DNA from: Craspedostauros australis
Taxonomy: Eukaryota
Length of the DNA: 64,000 bases
Reading direction: 5' to 3'
Assembly (NCBI GenBank): GCA_030167865.1
Contig: JALAGF010004429.1
Coordinates: forward strand, 1-64,000
Both the position numbers and the translations under genes were made by a program. The first letter of the stretch is position 1; every line of letters starts with the position of its first letter. Below the pieces are notes generated by a model. It did not search any database and was not told the origin of the DNA. It saw only the letters and a program-made list of their open reading frames with translations. Positions 61,856-64,000 of this stretch are shown in pieces.

Positions 61856-62124
61856 TGCAAGCAGATTCACATCCACAATCCCGTGTGGAGCGTGCGTGAC
61901 TAAACGCACACACTTCAACTTCCTTCCACGATTTTGCGAGAAAAGAAAAACACGGAGGAAAAACACAACAACGACCACCACATCCATCACAGGAGGCGAT
62001 GATGGGTGGAACAGTCGCCATCTTCGTATGACGGCGTGAACGAACTCGTGTGTAAACGCACATCACATCTCAAACAAGAACAAGAGAGCAAACGGTGCTC
62101 GTGTCATCTGCTACACTCTACTCG

Positions 62125-63555
62125 ATGACACTCTTGATGACTTCAAGAACATTATCGAAGATGGCAATCACTCCGATTGCACTGAGATTGACGGTGGCAT
62201 TGGCATTGACCTTGGCATTCGTGTCGACGATATCAACTTCGGCATTCACTGCGGATGCCTTCATCATCCCCTCGCACAAGTCCAAGCATGCAACGACGAC
62301 GACGACGACGACGACGACGACAGCATTGAACGCCGGTCGAATCCAGCCACCGTCGACCGCAGGCGGCATTACATCCAACCTCATCTCACAGCTCGCCGTC
62401 ATCGCTCTCAAGCTCCGTCTGAAGGACCAAACGCAGGTCGAGTGCGATGTCACCATGGACCCGGTCCAGTTCCTGCGCGGCAATGTTGGCCCTGTCACCG
62501 TCAAGGGCCGTGGTTGGCGCAGCAGCTTGAATCTTACGTGTCGGGCCATCGAGGCGACGGTGGAAACCTGCGAATTGGATTTCGGGCGCATCCTTGCCAA
62601 GCAAAAGATCGTGCTCACGAAAGAAGGTACATACTTGCACATGCTGCGACAACCTGTCCTCAACAGAGTGCTTGAGTTTGACGTCGATGGATGAGTGGGA
62701 GTGTTCTATCGACTCCATTGCAGAGTGCCCGTGCTACTCTCCTATGATGCTACCCTGCAATTACACCAGCGTCCAAACGAATGGAAGCTGCGATGGAGTG
62801 ATTGGATGATCACAAAAGGGCATGGAGTTGTCCAATCATGCAGATCAGTTGGTTGTTTTCATCGTTGATGGTGGCCGTGTTGTAGCAAGAGAGGGGATTG
62901 CACAATGTACTACTCGACTCCATTATTCTATATAGTATTTTACACCACTGGCAAACAATGCCAAGAGTTGAGTGTTGCAACCCCAAGTAGGTCATTCAAT
63001 TGCATGTGATCTCACACGTTGCCAACTCAACGCCGTCAAATATGCACACCTCTTCTCACATCGTACACAGCCAACGGCAAGGCGCTCATCGCGATGACCG
63101 GGACAGATTTTGGGAATTTCATCACGCACCCGCTGCTTCGGCCACCCCGGGCATCAGGAAAGGGACAGCTGGTGTTCCTCAAGGACGGAGCCTTCGTCGA
63201 TGCGCAGCGTAACGCCATTCGTTTCTTTGGTGACTATGAAGGACAGAAATGGAAATTCAGCTTGCAACGTGGCACGACGCCTGGCAACGCCGTGGTCCAA
63301 GCAGAATTGCAGGAGGATGCGGCGTCGTCAGCCACAACATCTGTGGCAGAAACTAGACCTGAGGATGTCATGGTGTTGACATCGGAACTGAGCGAATTGG
63401 TCGCCACATTTTTCAATCAAATGGAATTTGAACTGGATGGGACGTTCTTGAAGTTCGATGACCTCATGATAACATCGAAGGGGCAAGAACCAAGCGTCAT
63501 GCTGGCGCTGAAGATTCGCGTCGTCAAGTTTCCTTCAGCTGGGATTGAGTTTTAG
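62125..63555 (+). CDS. Probable plastid protein, DUF2993/LmeA-like (~328 aa); exons 62125-62626, 63071-63555
   Basis: Signal peptide + TSA-FT with a poly-Thr transit peptide; QFLRGNVGPVTVKGRGW.S.LNL, DFGNFITHPL. Splice is in phase. Family call is tentative; start may be 62161. Confidence 0.65.
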
Positions 63556-64000
63556 AGAGAGAGAAAGTAGACAACGCTATTACCACACAATTCCGACGAG
63601 CACTTATTCTTACACGTAAGGCCAGAGAAGATGAGCGGGGAGACGTTTGTTAAGTGAAACAGTGGTGCACTGAAAGGTTATTTTGAGTGCCGGAAAGGAG
63701 GTTGGAATCTTTTTGTGGGAGGAGATCGTGCGTAGCAATGGAATATGCCCGTCGCCTGTTTCCATGTCGATGCGTCCACATTCCGGCACCACTGATCGTG
63801 GGTGATCATCATCGTCATCATCAAAGTGCAAACAAATCTTTGTCGCCGCGTACGGATGCCCTCCATCAGTTCACTGTTCATTCCATACCGGCCAAGCCAC
63901 AGCGTTCCATGGTCAAGTCAACTTCAAAGCAATGGTCTACCCAAACATCTTCAAACTCGTTGATCAGACCGCACGCTTCGTCGAGATCGGATCTCTGTGA

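Overview
Gene-dense eukaryotic nuclear DNA, almost certainly from a diatom. The evidence is a fucoxanthin-chlorophyll protein (Lhcf), bipartite signal+ASAFAP-type plastid presequences and a DUF6824-type protein. The species cannot be determined. I count 23 protein-coding genes; 11 have GT-AG introns that I spliced by hand (19 introns, 164-624 nt, all models in frame). In order: Lhcf, an orphan disordered protein, Timeless/Tof1, an EEF1AKMT4-like methyltransferase, an ankyrin+UIM protein, a His-rich Ctr copper transporter, a SOUL heme-binding protein, a small RVxF-motif protein, a split-PH + PP2C phosphatase, a polyQ orphan, FIG4, a DUF6824 protein, PGP synthase, NOP10, SmD3, LAMTOR3, a ligand-less plastid Rieske-like protein, a plastid methyltransferase-like protein, HACD/PTPLA, a DHHC-like protein, syntaxin-6-like, PGRL1 and a DUF2993-like plastid protein. 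I recognised no rRNA, tRNA, CRISPR array or transposon. The most notable unexplained signal is six perfect TGACGTCA (CRE/aureobox-type bZIP) palindromes. All are intergenic and upstream of photosynthesis, plastid or heme genes, and two head-to-head plastid gene pairs carry two each, suggesting a candidate blue-light/bZIP regulon. Several proteins have altered catalytic or ligand residues (Rieske, HACD, DHHC). SmD3 has a 4-nt first coding exon and an apparent 1-nt deletion that removes its RG tail. All family calls are by-eye motif recognition, not database searches.
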